A stretch of 64,000 bases of DNA from NCBI RefSeq assembly GCF_018977255.1, contig NW_024705101.1, positions 1 to 64,000 on the forward strand. Direction: 5' to 3'. The position numbers and the translations under genes are program-made. The stretch comes from Callorhinchus milii. Lineage: Eukaryota. A model generated the notes under the pieces. The model had not been told where the DNA came from. It did no database searches and was given only the letters and a program-made list of their open reading frames with translations. This document shows, one piece after another, positions 1 through 11,300 of this stretch (the first letter of the stretch is position 1; each line of letters starts with the position of its first letter).

Positions 1-160
1 GCTCGATTGGATCACGGGAAGTGGGTTAAAAAACGACCGAAAGATTTGCACGGTCGTAAGCAAGCAAGCAAGCACGCAAGCACGCAAGCAAGCAAGCAAG
101 CGAACTTAATATAAAGGATTTAAAAACAAGTATAACCCGTAAAAACAAAGTTTTTCAATA

Positions 161-423
161 TAAATCCTTTATATGCGTGGCGGCTAGAGTCCTCTCGTCC
201 TCTGGCTCAGATGATTGCATGGCAGCATTAAGCAATTGGTAATTAAATATAATATTTTTGTCCTAAAAAGTGTAAAATTTTGGAAAAAAAATTTTCATTG
301 TCACGCCACGAGTCTGTGTGGAAAATGTCAGCTCGATTGGAACACGGAAGTGGGTTAAAAAACGACCAAAAGATTTGCACGGTCCTAAGCAAGCAAGCAA
401 GTGAACTTAATATAAAGGATTTA
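161..423. mobile_element. Short non-autonomous DNA element (MITE or Helentron-associated type) with 14-bp terminal inverted repeats; the end of a second copy occupies 1-122
   Basis: TAAATCCTTTATAT (161-174) and ATATAAAGGATTTA (410-423) are exact reverse complements. 331-423 repeats 1-122 except for the length of the (GCAA)n tract. Confidence 0.6.
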
Positions 424-770
424 ATAACGTCCGTTATCTGGTTGAATTCGAAAGTGAAGGCAATATTCAATTCATCGCGAATTCAAAGTTAGATTCGCAT
501 AAAGTGACACATATCTAGTGGTGGGAATTCCACATTTCTATGACAGTGGCCAGACTCTCCAAAGGGTAATTACTCTTGACTTTGCACATTGTCGTGCAAA
601 TTGTATCACCCCCGGAAGAGATGATAGGCTGTGGAAATTTCTAATGCCTGAAAGCTTTTGATCTTTCGAAATTCCATCAGGTTATGTTTGATGTGCTTAT
701 TGCACAATAGGTTATGGTTTTTCGGTTTTGTTAAAATGCAATCGTAGCATAGCGCGCATATATCCACGAC

Positions 771-1139
771 CAGGGGTCGGCAACCTGCGGCTCCGGAGCC
801 GCATGCGATGGCTCTTTAAGGACTAATCTAGATTTGAAGTTTTCGTGACTGCAGGATCCATACTCTTTGGTTCTTTCGGTAAAGTCACGTAGGTATAAAA
901 TATAAAATAAAATAAATCACGACGTTTCGGGCGCAACACAAGCAGCTCTTTTGCCCACTGCAGCAGTTGTTTCTTGCTGTGGTTGTCCCACCTGATGACG
1001 TCTTTAAGGACTACTTCGTGACGTCATTGATTAAGGACCACAGTATCGTATTCACAAGCATTGTGGCTTTTGAAATTTTGTGTTCTTTGACCGTTTAATA
1101 AAAAACATGCCTCTTTTTGTTGGTGTTTGCCGACCCCTG
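771..1139 (+). mobile_element. hAT (Charlie-like) MITE interrupted by a PLE mini-insertion at 826-1000
   Basis: TIRs CAGGGGTCGGCAA...TTGCCGACCCCTG; 8-bp TSD TCCACGAC/TCCATGAT; same family at 13929-14108 and 48299-48488. Confidence 0.85.
826..1000 (-). mobile_element. Non-coding, internally inverted Penelope-like terminus (pLTR) insertion
   Basis: 13-bp TSD TCTTTAAGGACTA at 813-825 and 1001-1013. The left part matches the PLE 3' end at 1352-1460; the right part is the opposite strand ending in CCTGATGACG. Confidence 0.85.
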
Positions 1140-1433
1140 TCCATGATCAATTCAGTGTGATCCGAGCTTATAATTTGCAATGAACAACGAGATTACAAGA
1201 TAATTAATCATTTTGTAACCAGTAATCGTGTTGCATTCTCAGTGCTAATGAATTACATGAAAGTAAAAATGTATTGCAGTCCTTGGAGACGTTTCAGAGT
1301 GTAGCACTATTGAACTGTCAATAACTCCTGTATCAATACAGAGTTCAATCTTGATTTGAAGCTTTCGTGACTGCAGGAATCCATACTCTTTGGTTCTTTC
1401 GGTAAAGTCACGTAGGTATAAAATAAAATAAAT

Positions 1434-1474
1434 CACGACGTTTCGGGCGCAACACAAGCGTCCGTCATCAGGTG
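1434..1474 (-). ncRNA. Minimal hammerhead-ribozyme-like motif in PLE terminus (family A)
   Basis: Minus strand reads CAC-CUGAUGA-C-GGACGC-UUGUGUU-GCGCCC-GAAAC-GUC-GUG. Confidence 0.75.
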
Positions 1475-1679
1475 GGAAAGCATGGTCTGCTGCTGAGGCA
1501 GACTGTTTTAAAAGGTTTGAAATGGGTGTAGCCCAAGGGTCATAAAGAAGTGGGCGGGGCTAGTGATGTTAATGTGAGAAATTAGCATGTAACTGTAAGA
1601 TGGAGAGCGGCCTCCTCGACGAGGGCACGGAAGTGGCTATGTTAATGTGAGAGATTAGCATGTTAATGTGAAATCGAAG

Positions 1680-1815
1680 AGTGGTGCAATCCAAAGGCAT
1701 GAGGGTGCAATCAAAGGCAGATGTGAGTATGAGAGTGCAATCCAAAGGACATGTGAGCATGAGAGTGCAATCCAAAGGCATGAGAGTGCAATGCAAAGGA
1801 CATGTGAGCATGAGA
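1680..1815. repeat. Minisatellite in PLE 3' UTR
   Basis: Repeated ATGAGAGTGCAATCCAAAGG(C or ACATGTGAGC) units. Confidence 0.8.
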
Positions 1816-1946
1816 GATCTAAGAGAGAGGCATAGAGAGAGAGAGACACAGAGAGTCGGAAATAACAGCTGACATAGGCAGGTAGGATGGAAACATCACA
1901 GTCAGTTAAGACTTTACCTGGTTAATAACGTCCTTCCAATGATTGC

Positions 1947-2414
1947 TCAGTTTGTACCCATCCTCTCGGTTGAAGTTGTGTCTGTGTTTATATATCTGGA
2001 TGGCTTCATGAACAAATCTCTGAAGGTAGCCGGTAGGTTTGCAGAGTACCTCCGTCTTGGAAAAATCATTTCGTGTGAGCCCACAGCGTTAAAACAATGA
2101 TCGGCAACGGCAGAGGTATTGGTCCTACCGTGTTTCAGATCTGCCTTGTGTTCACGAACGCGGTCCGAGACATGTCGTTTCGTTTCCCCAATGTAACTGC
2201 TGCCGCAACCACAACTCAGTTTGTAGACACCAGGGTATTGCATGTCAGGAATCACATCCTTTACATATGGGATTAAATCACGGATTTTGTGTACTGTGTT
2301 GAAACGAACCTGGATCTTGTGTTTGTTTAAGATTTTGGAAATCTTTTTGGTAACCCCTGCTATGTACGGTAAAGTGATGGTTTTGGTTGGATCCTCAGAA
2401 GGTTGTCTCCGCAT
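1947..2414 (-). pseudogene. PLE GIY-YIG endonuclease domain fragment (frameshifted)
   Basis: ORF track: LPYIAGVTKKISKIL...GVYKLSCGCGSSYIGETKRHVSDRVREH...SAVADH. Confidence 0.9.
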
Positions 2415-2559
2415 GGCTGGGGAGACAGCTTTGCGGATTGTATGGTCCGAGATTCTTCATCCTGAGGGCTTGGTGTACGTGCTCCAGCTCACTGGCTACG
2501 GGGTGCTGGTCGGAGATGCAACGGGCCCTATGGAGTAGTGTTTTGATGAGGAATTCTTC

Positions 2560-2850
2560 TGGGATGGATGGTGGTGGTATCAGGCTTTAGATAGGCATAC
2601 GTGTGGGTGGATTTCCTGTAGACCGAATTTCCCAACGAGCCATCAGGTCTCTTCTCGATCAAAACAACCAGGAATGGTAGCTTGCCATCCTTTTCCACTT
2701 CTATGGTGAATTTGATAGACGGGTGTATGGAATTGATGTGGTTGAGAAATTGGTTCAGTGCTGGCAGGCCATGTGGCCAGATGACAAACGTGTCATCCAC
2801 GTATTTCTTCCACAAGGAAGGACGTAGGGTGGACGTGGATACCACGTTCG
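2560..2850 (-). pseudogene. PLE reverse transcriptase C-terminal fragment
   Basis: YVDD catalytic motif, FLNHINSIHPSIKFTIEVE, LPFL. The first ~25 aa of the called ORF 2528-2923 come from an adjacent SINE. Confidence 0.9.
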
Positions 2851-2854
2851 TCAT

Positions 2855-2970
2855 CCGGAGGTCCCGGAGAAAAATCCACACGAACATGCAAACTCCAAAT
2901 ATACTGGTGGGGATCGGGCCCACGACCTCCTGAATTACCAGGTGAGGCAGTTAACATCTCGCCACCGTGA
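2855..2970 (-). mobile_element. 5' half of tRNA-derived V-domain SINE abutting the PLE
   Basis: Minus strand reads CACGGTGGCGAGATGTTAAC...GGAGTTTGCATGTTC...TTTCTCCGGG, matching full copies at 25485 and 48924. Confidence 0.75.
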
Positions 2971-4435
2971 CATTGTTTGTAAGTTACCTAGGTGATCGTT
3001 CAGGTGGAACAGATGAGTGGGGACTAGTCGGAAGGACACATTTGCAACACCCATTACCGCTGTATAATTAAATACCCATTGAGATACGAAGCCACTGAAG
3101 TATAGTCTGGGAGGAAATAGGCGTTGAGAAATATTTAATACCTTGTAAAAACGCCATCTGGGGAAATATTGGAGGCAAGGGCATAGCCACAATGCCAATT
3201 GCAGGTGGGTGGGCAAATTTCTGACTATCGGCGACAGCAGTGCACCGACAGTACCTGGGGAAACTGGAACCCGCTCCGTCCCAGTGTCTTTTACCACATA
3301 TATTCGTTGGAAATTAATGCTTTTTAACGTTTGTGCTTACGGGCTTGAACATATGACCATAGATGTAAGTGATGATGGTACATTGTATGCAAGGACAGCT
3401 ACCATGGTATCTAAACACTCGGTGTAAGTCCTTTGTTAAAAAGAGTTCAACTTGGTTTGCCCCACGTGTTCCAAGGTGGTGCTTGTCTTCTGTACAACAA
3501 GAATGGAACCGCTGCTATGAGCAGGGGACGAGCTGCACATGAGAGTGCCTTGCTTGGCTGTTTTAACATCTTAACACCTGTTTTGTTTCCAGAAAAAAGG
3601 GGAAAACCTATTCTCATATTTTGGTACTGGCAAAGGAGGTCGCATGATGTAGCTGCTCAACCCGAGCTCTCATTACTCTGATGGTGCATTGTCTTTGTGC
3701 TGTACGCCTTTGGCGTCCTCTGGTCTAACACCGTTTGAGACGAGGCTCGAAAGAAAACTGTCTTTGGTGTGGACCAATCAGTTTCAAAGACAATGCATAT
3801 ATTAGAGTATGTTTTTTGTTTGCATTCTGACGACAAGTATTGTGGTTAATGCAGTCATGATTCCTTGTGAAAGGTTTCAGTTTGGTGTTTTAACATCTTA
3901 ACACCTGTTTGTTGCCAGAAAAAAGGGGGAAACCTATTCTCAGCGTGCCGCTGTGCCTAAGTAAATATATTTAAACAAGAGGTTTATAATCACGTCGTAA
4001 ATTTTTTTATAATTAATGCCGCATTGTAAGGGACATGACATTTCGATAATATTGAGTTAATATGCAATGGGACAGTGAGTTATTGACCCGTATAAATAAT
4101 TTCTTGTGTTTTCTCAGTTAATAGCCAAAAGATTTTTGATGATACCGTTAAATTAAGACAAACGGTGAATATCTCTTCGTGTCTAAATTCTGCAGTCTTG
4201 AATTAGTAAGCGCATTCGTTTCTTAAATTAGGTTACATATTATGCAAATGTTATGATGGTACTTCGCGTTGCTGGCAATGCGTTTATTTAACGCATAAGC
4301 AGGCGTTCGTGACCAACTCGTAATTGATGTTTGTGTCAGATCGCGTCAGGGAAATGCGTGTCCTACACCCTCAATCCACCTGACGCAGCCAATAATGAAA
4401 GTTGCCACGAGAACAAACGTGCTAATGTATCACTG

Positions 4436-4793
4436 TATCGCGACATAGGGGCACCACGAGAGCGATACAAAGACTCCCTGAAGAAGTCCCTCACTGCTTG
4501 CTGCATCGATCACCGTCAGTGGGCAACACAAGCAGCTGATCGCAACTCCTGGCGGCACACAATCCACCAGCCACCTCCTTCTTCGAAGATACCCACAGGG
4601 CCCGTATGGAGGACAAAAGGAGAAGGAGGAAGAACCATGATCCCTCAGCACCCATCCCAGATGAGACCTATACTTGCAGCTGTTGTGGCAGGACCTGCTT
4701 GTCCCGCATAGGCCTCTTCAGCCACCAGCGTGCCTGCAGAAGACGTGGATGTCCTTCCTAGATCTTCGTTCGCGAAGCCAAGCCATGATGGTG
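4436..4793 (+). mobile_element. 3' fragment of an RTE-clade LINE
   Basis: Frameshifted translation RDIGAPRERYKDSLKKSL...WATQAADRNSWRHTIHQ...CSCCGRTCLSRIGLFSHQRAC; (ATG)n-like tail; 11-bp TSD ATGTATCACTG at 4425-4435 and 4794-4804. Confidence 0.85.
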
Positions 4794-5472
4794 ATGTATC
4801 ACTGCCTCAGTACTCCGGTGTATTGGAGGGATAGCCACAACATTTAACAAGTGGGGAGTCTGACGGTTCGCCAGGAGTTACAACCGGCATCATCAGGCGA
4901 TTAGCAGAATTGTAAAAACGTCCTCCAGCCTTGGGCTTGCAATTATAGCTTCATTGCCAACATGGTAAAACGTTATAACGCTGTGGATGTATTTTGTCCT
5001 GGGTGTTATTAATGGAAGATACATTGCTATTGAGGCTGCTATTGTATGAGCATAACACGTCCTCAGATGAAGGCTCTCTGGATCTCTACACCTGAAAATT
5101 GTACGTATGTTGAACTTCTTTTGTGTCGTACGTAGCCAACCATTGACATAATGACACTGATTCCTCTACCCATGCCAAGGACTTGGTCTACCTGTTTCGT
5201 CTCATACACACTGTGTTCAACCACCACACTGCAGGTTCCAACATTTCTCTGTCTGATTCTTCTCTTGTGCTGCTGCATGTTGAAATCCCCCCCGCCGTCC
5301 CACTCCCCCCCCCCCCTTGCCCATCCCCCATCCCTTTCCCCAAACTCTTATGACCTTGTTCAACTCAAGAAACGTCTTTAATGTTTATTTATTACAACTT
5401 TGATAGTGTCTACCCGAGACACAGCCAATGAGTAGTGTTGCCACGTGAACATAACGTGTGAATGCATTACTA

Positions 5473-5723
5473 GATTTGAAGCTTTCGTGACTGCAAGGAT
5501 TCATACTCTTTGTTTTTTTCGGTAAAGTCACGTAGGTAAAAATTTTAATAAATGAAAACAAATATATTAAATCACGACGTTTCGGGCGCAACATCAGCAA
5601 TAGGCCATGCTTTCCCACCTGATGACGGACGCTTGTGTTGCGCCCGAAACGTCGCGATTTAATTTAGTTGTTTTCATTTATTAAAAATTTTACCTACGTG
5701 ACTTTACCGAAAAAAACCAAAGA
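5473..5723. mobile_element. Non-coding fold-back PLE mini-element with a complete hammerhead-like motif
   Basis: 13-bp TSD GAATGCATTACTA at 5460-5472 and 5724-5736; ~90-bp inverted arms (about 5506-5593 and 5636-5724). Confidence 0.88.
5616..5656 (+). ncRNA. Minimal hammerhead-ribozyme-like motif (family A)
   Basis: CAC-CTGATGA(5619-5625)-C-GGACGC-TTGTGTT-GCGCCC-GAAAC-GTC. Confidence 0.75.
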
Positions 5724-6792
5724 GAATGCATTACTACTTCAGCACACACCGATGCGTGTGTTATACAGAAAACCCACAACATCTAAAATTTGAGCACGAC
5801 GTCTCGTTGGCGATTACAACTGCCATCATCAGGCATTTGACAGAAGTATGTGAATAATATTGGTCGTGAAGTCAACTGACAGATAAAGGCCTGTCCTCAC
5901 CATTTCGGTCATGGGGGTTGCTAGACCATACTTCGACATACTGCTCAGTGCGTGTTGACTAAGGTGAAAATTTGTTCCGGAACTGATTTAGTCGCCGCTT
6001 GCCTCTTACGTTAGCTGCGACAGAGAATTGAACTCAGTTGTCTGCGTTCACAGTGCGATGGGTAAACCAATGCACCACCGCTCCACCGTGTTTTGTAACA
6101 ATTACGCATATTTTAAAATGCGTTGGTGGACGGTTAGAAATAATGTTTACTCCTTTGATCTGAATTCACCATTCTAAACACACGGTCGACACTTGTTCAT
6201 TCGCCTGTGATATGTTGTCTAATCAGCATGGTGTGTTGTAATAAGGGGCGATATAAAGGATCAAATTACATTGTTTCAGAGAATAGGTCATCGGTCGCTT
6301 GCGTGGTGGAAAATTATCAACCAACTAGTCATGTCTAGTGAAGTTACTGCATTTGACATTTCTCAACACTTGCCGACACAAATTGTGTTTGTGTCCTCTG
6401 AGCTGAAACCGGGTGCAAGGCAATGTTCAAAGCAATTCAAAGTGTCTCTCTGGTGAAAATATACACGGAATGGAAATTCCACATTCAGTTGGCATGGATC
6501 AGTCTGTCCACGATGGACAAATGATGTGTTCCGAGCAATGGTAGTCGTGGTAAGTGCACTTTTATCTCGGTGATTTGGGTTCAATTTGCTGGCCATGCAC
6601 AACACCTGATGGCCTTGGTGTGTTATAGGTAATAATTGGCGTTGGGGAGACAAAGGCAGCTGCTGGATACACGTGGGCCGTGCCAGCTTCCTTGGAAATC
6701 GCAAAAAGCACGTGCACCTAGAGTCTCTGTAAGGCTTGGCAGGCGCATGTGTGTGTGTGCCATGTGTGTGTGTGCCATGTGTGTGTTTGTGG

Positions 6793-7060
6793 GGAGTGGT
6801 TATGTGGTTAGTGTGCTGTGCTATGAACCCCGGCAACCCAAGTTCGGTTCCCGCTCACGGATAACACCAGTGACGATTACATGGGCCTCCGCTAGGTCGA
6901 CTCAGCCTCAAATGAGTACCTGGTGTGGTGTGTAAAAAACATCGCCACTAGGGAGACAAAGGCGGTCGGGCGTGGTGTTAGCCACCCACCCCCTCATATA
7001 CCGTTCCGGCCTTCATAAGTGCTCGACAGTCTGTTAGGCTATATAGGAGATATGTGTCTT
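6793..7060 (+). mobile_element. tRNA-derived SINE, second family
   Basis: A/B-box-like head (GTGGTTATGTGG...GTTCGGTTCCC) and a GGTCGACTCAGCC..AAATGAGTACC core; inverted copy at about 23345-23542. Confidence 0.7.
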
Positions 7061-7854
7061 TGTCTTGTGCCATGCAGGTATGTGGGCCTATAAAAAGCGT
7101 CACCGGTATATAAATGCAGCATTCGATATTGTATTGATCTCACTCTAAGTCACACTCACTGAAATATAACTAAAAGAGTGCCAAAGATATGAATGCTTGG
7201 TTAATGTCACCAATAGCCCAGGTTGCACAACCACTGTGTTATTCTTACATAAATCATAACTAATAATTTCTAGTTGTCTTCCATGGGCGTGTGTCTACAT
7301 GCATTCATTTGCAAGCGTATATTGCATCAAGTTATTGATATAATTTAACGTGTGTCTAAGTAAAGTAAAATATGCTCAGAACTGTTATTTTATAACATGA
7401 AATTGGCTGACTACATCTTAATTCGTTGCAATCTTATCAGTCAAAACATTGGTTTACATGACCATACTCTGAAAATTCCAAATATTGGATTGCCACTTTT
7501 GAAAACTGAAGTAATCTCGGAAAGCTTTCTCTCCGATGGTACCCATTCAAACTGTGAATACTTCAGTTGTTGTCAGCACACAAGATTACTATACATACGG
7601 TGTAAGATTTTGCAATTGTACAATTCATGAACTTAAATCAGTTTTTTTCACTCTCAGATGCCCCTCCACAAAGCGTTGGCCAAAATCACGAAAGCAAAGT
7701 TGTCGTCAAATCGGAGTTGCTCTGGCGAGCAAGGATCGTGGTGTTTTCATATTCGAGCATCACAAGCACCGCATAAGTATAGCATCAGTGCTCTGTGCAC
7801 ATCTTGGTGCACAATCACACCACCCAGGTGTTGTGCAGCTGTATATACACTTTT

Positions 7855-8145
7855 TTACTTTTTTTTTACCAGGTCAGGCCCCACTGAGCGATACATCCAT
7901 TTTTTCAGAAGCAACATGGCCATAAATGATAGGTCAACGCAGTGGCTTATCATGTTGAAATTTATAGCCGCCAAATACTCTAAATGCATGTCTCTAAATA
8001 TGGAGGGCAAAACCGAAGGACCCGGAGAAAAGTACACGTGACCACGGGGAGAACATGCGAACTCTAAATATACAGCAGGGATCAGGCTTGGGATCGAACC
8101 CACGATCTCTATACCAGGCGAGGTATTCAACATCTCGCCACCGCA
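7855..8145 (-). mobile_element. tRNA-derived V-domain SINE
   Basis: Minus strand has B-box GGTTCGATCCC, V-domain TTCGCATGTTCTCCCCGTG...TTCTCCGGGTCCTTCGGTTT and tail ACCTGGTAAAAAA. Confidence 0.85.
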
Positions 8146-8267
8146 CAGCATGGTGCAGATGACTTGGGACCCCCAATGAAATTGACCCCTAACATTGTTT
8201 TTCCTTTGCATATTCATTTATTTTTAAATAAACCTTAAACAACATTACGTTTTAGAGAATTAAATGG

Positions 8268-8368
8268 TGATAATTGGTTCTTTACCCTTCTATCTGGCAA
8301 CAAAACTGACACCTTTTTGCAAGGTGTCAGTTTTGTTGCCAGATAGAAGGGTAAAGAACCAATTATCA
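8268..8368. repeat. Perfect inverted repeat, 48-bp arms with 5-nt loop
   Basis: 8268-8315 is the exact reverse complement of 8321-8368. Confidence 0.95.
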
Positions 8369-11300
8369 TATTTTTACTGGCAAATGAGGTCCCCATAGTG
8401 AATTAAATGGTGGTCACAAGAAATGTAGACCACCCTGTACTTGTATAGATGTTAAGAATGATAAGGCTTTGTTTTTGATACAGCCCATCGTTCTTGATGC
8501 CAGGGCGTCTCGGAACGCCTTGCACGCGATAAGCGACTTGCATCTCGTATCTCTTCCAAAACACATGAAATGGGCACAACCCCCAATGGCAGCTGTCCCT
8601 GTGGGCACAAACAGACTCGGCACCTGGTCTGAAAACGGGCATTAGTCTCCCAGCAGGGGGGGAGTGATGATTGTTACATGTAATTCCAATTTAGTAATTT
8701 TTGGGTAGCGTTTGAATTTGGAAAACACAATATTCTACCCTTGGGAATGACATCAGGGGATCTTTTAACATTCAATGTGAAGCAGACAGCGCGTTGTATT
8801 ATTTCGGCTATGACACACCACAGTAACGATCAGGGCAGCCACTTGATTTGAGCCATGAACCTCGGCAGTAAGTGGCGACTGCACTACCGCTGGGCAATTT
8901 CACTGCCCCAAACTAAACCCAACGTTCCTCCAGGTACTCTGGTTTCCTACCACATATATAAACACTCATGAATGGAGTTGGCCAAATATAGGACCACAGA
9001 GCTTTGGCAATTATTGGAACCAATACTGGCTTGCTTCCCACTTCTCTGTATATTCTCGTTCTTCACAAATTCTAGAGCTAAAATATTTTATATATAGTTA
9101 TTAATATTATTCTTTGTCCCTTATATCTTGGTCAGCGGATGCTCATTGGCATTGTCTCCCTATGCCCTGTGGTGTCCAGTGCAACCTGGCTTTATCTCAT
9201 CTACATTCATTTCATCTACGTTATTTTTAGCTGATGTATATTAATGGAAGAATTAAATATAACAATGGCATACCACAGATTAAGCAGATGTATATACAAG
9301 CCTGTGAAAGTATGCGAATATAATATGTAGTGGACTGCAAGGGCCATTTGAATATTGAAAATTAAATATATATTTAAGATATTTAAAGTGTAATTGCTTG
9401 CTACATGGTTTTCATTGTGCTAATGATGGGCTCAGTTGACCCCGTTCAGGATTTGAACTCGGGAAACCGATTGTGAGGCATGTGATCCAGATTCCCTTCA
9501 ATGCAACGCATCACGTCCTGTGCAGGCCACACCTTCTCAACGTGGTCTCGGACAACCCATCATCCTTTCTTGACCGATCATAAATTGTAAAAATTTTGGA
9601 ACCTTCGTTAAATATTAAATCCACGCTTCATGCCACCCCTTTCCTCAATTCATTTTTATTTCATGGAACAAATATAGGTAGACTGAAGAGGAGCACATAT
9701 ATTATACGGTGCATGCAGTAAATAACTAGGTTTAAATTAAACAATGGTTGTCCTGTTAAGAGACTGATCTCTGCCATAGGAATGTGGATTTTTTTCCACG
9801 ACTGCGTTTGGGCTACTCCATCGCATAACGTATTTTTTTTAACCAATACACAAAAGTCATTTTTGATTTACATTTTACATTGATTAAAAATGTCACATCT
9901 GCTCAAAGTTATGAGTTGAAAAACTATGAATGTGCATTTTTATTTAGCATTTTGTTTACGTTATTTTAATACATTTTGATAAAAGGTCTGGTTAATAAAG
10001 GGTCGATTTGACTGGTTCGCGTAATTGGTTGGAACATCACATGACTAAAACAAAGCTCGTTGACTGCAATGAAACAACATAAATACCATGGCCATTACCG
10101 TACATTAGTAGGGGTTACCACTACCCTTGAAGATTCGGCTAAGTTTCAACGTGGAAAAAAGACTCCACTTGCACTCAGAAGATTGTGACTTCAGGTCCTG
10201 GTTGGGGATTGACTGAACACATCATCCCTTCATGCTCAATACAACGAGTACTGTTTTTTGTTGGGTATAAAGTCGTTGTCCTATAGGGAGACTGTCCTCT
10301 AGCATAGGAATAAGGAATTACCACTTCTGGTTCGGGGCAACCGTGACAGATGAGCACTGCCCGTTGCTCATTTGAGCAGAGACACACCGATATCATTGAG
10401 TTCCTCAAAAATATGAACCTTCTTACAAAGCATGACCAGGGCATGCAATGCTCCATCATCGTTCCAAATCCTCGTTTATGGCATCCTGTCGTTTGAGTTT
10501 ACCTATTTGCCGCCACTCATCTTACTTGGTAAGCTCCTCGGAGACGAGGACACATATTCATGTTCGAGCCACAACTTTCAAATAGTTTTTTTTGTCATTA
10601 ACCAGTATCCATGGGTCACTGGGCCAAGGTTGTTCAACTCGCTGCACACAGAACTTGTCAGCTGCCATCAGAGTGGAATACATTCCATATCGCTGCTCCC
10701 CAGGGCCACGGTGGAATTAAAATCGGGATCTCGAAGGTCCCTCTCATGGAACTGAGACGGTGGTTTAGCCAACTGAGGCAGCCATCCATTCTCGTTTAAA
10801 TACAGTAACAATAATAATAAAAATAACATTTAACACGTTTGTTTAAAATGGTATTACATGTGGAGGTCTGTGATGCATGGTTTCACTACCAAGTTGTTTT
10901 TTCTACACTTGACATACTGTGATCAGTTATATTTCCTCATTTGTTTAGCTTAGCATGTGAATCTGTGAATTACAGTTAGTCTGTATACTGATTACATCCT
11001 TACCTAGATTGTTTTGGTGACTATCTTATTTGTTCCTCTACAGTAATTCGCTTTGTTGAAATCTGACGTGTTGCATTGCACCAGCCTGTGATCAATCTGG
11101 GGGTTGTGTCCACGAGAGTCAAGTCAATAATATTGACTCTAAATTTCACCATTTGGGGGTTCTATTTTCATTGTCTATAATCTTTGCTTTTGGAAAAGCT
11201 GTTTAACTACTCACCTCAGTGTCAGTCGTGTTGGTTGTTTTTGACCATAATTCCCATACTAGTCAAATGCGAGTTGGTAAAGAGGAAGGTCTCCAGGACT

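Larger units (their letters stand above)
1352..2850 (-). mobile_element. 5'-truncated Penelope-like retroelement (RT fragment, C-terminal GIY-YIG endonuclease, 3' UTR/pLTR)
   Basis: RT motifs WKKYVDDTF, HPSIKFTIEVEKDGKLPFL and VYRKSTHT; endonuclease GVYKLSCGCGSSYIGETKR...REH; hammerhead-bearing terminus at 1352-1480. Confidence 0.92.

Noticed and set aside
6793-6860. tRNA-like sequences (also about 6020-6085, 9440-9480, 11330-11395, 33085-33150 and 35790-35870)
   Set aside because: SINE heads with A/B boxes but no intact cloverleaf; not tRNA genes.
10175-10790. Coding-looking minus-strand stretch
   Set aside because: Multiple stops and frameshifts; at best a very decayed CR1-like LINE end, too weak to call.
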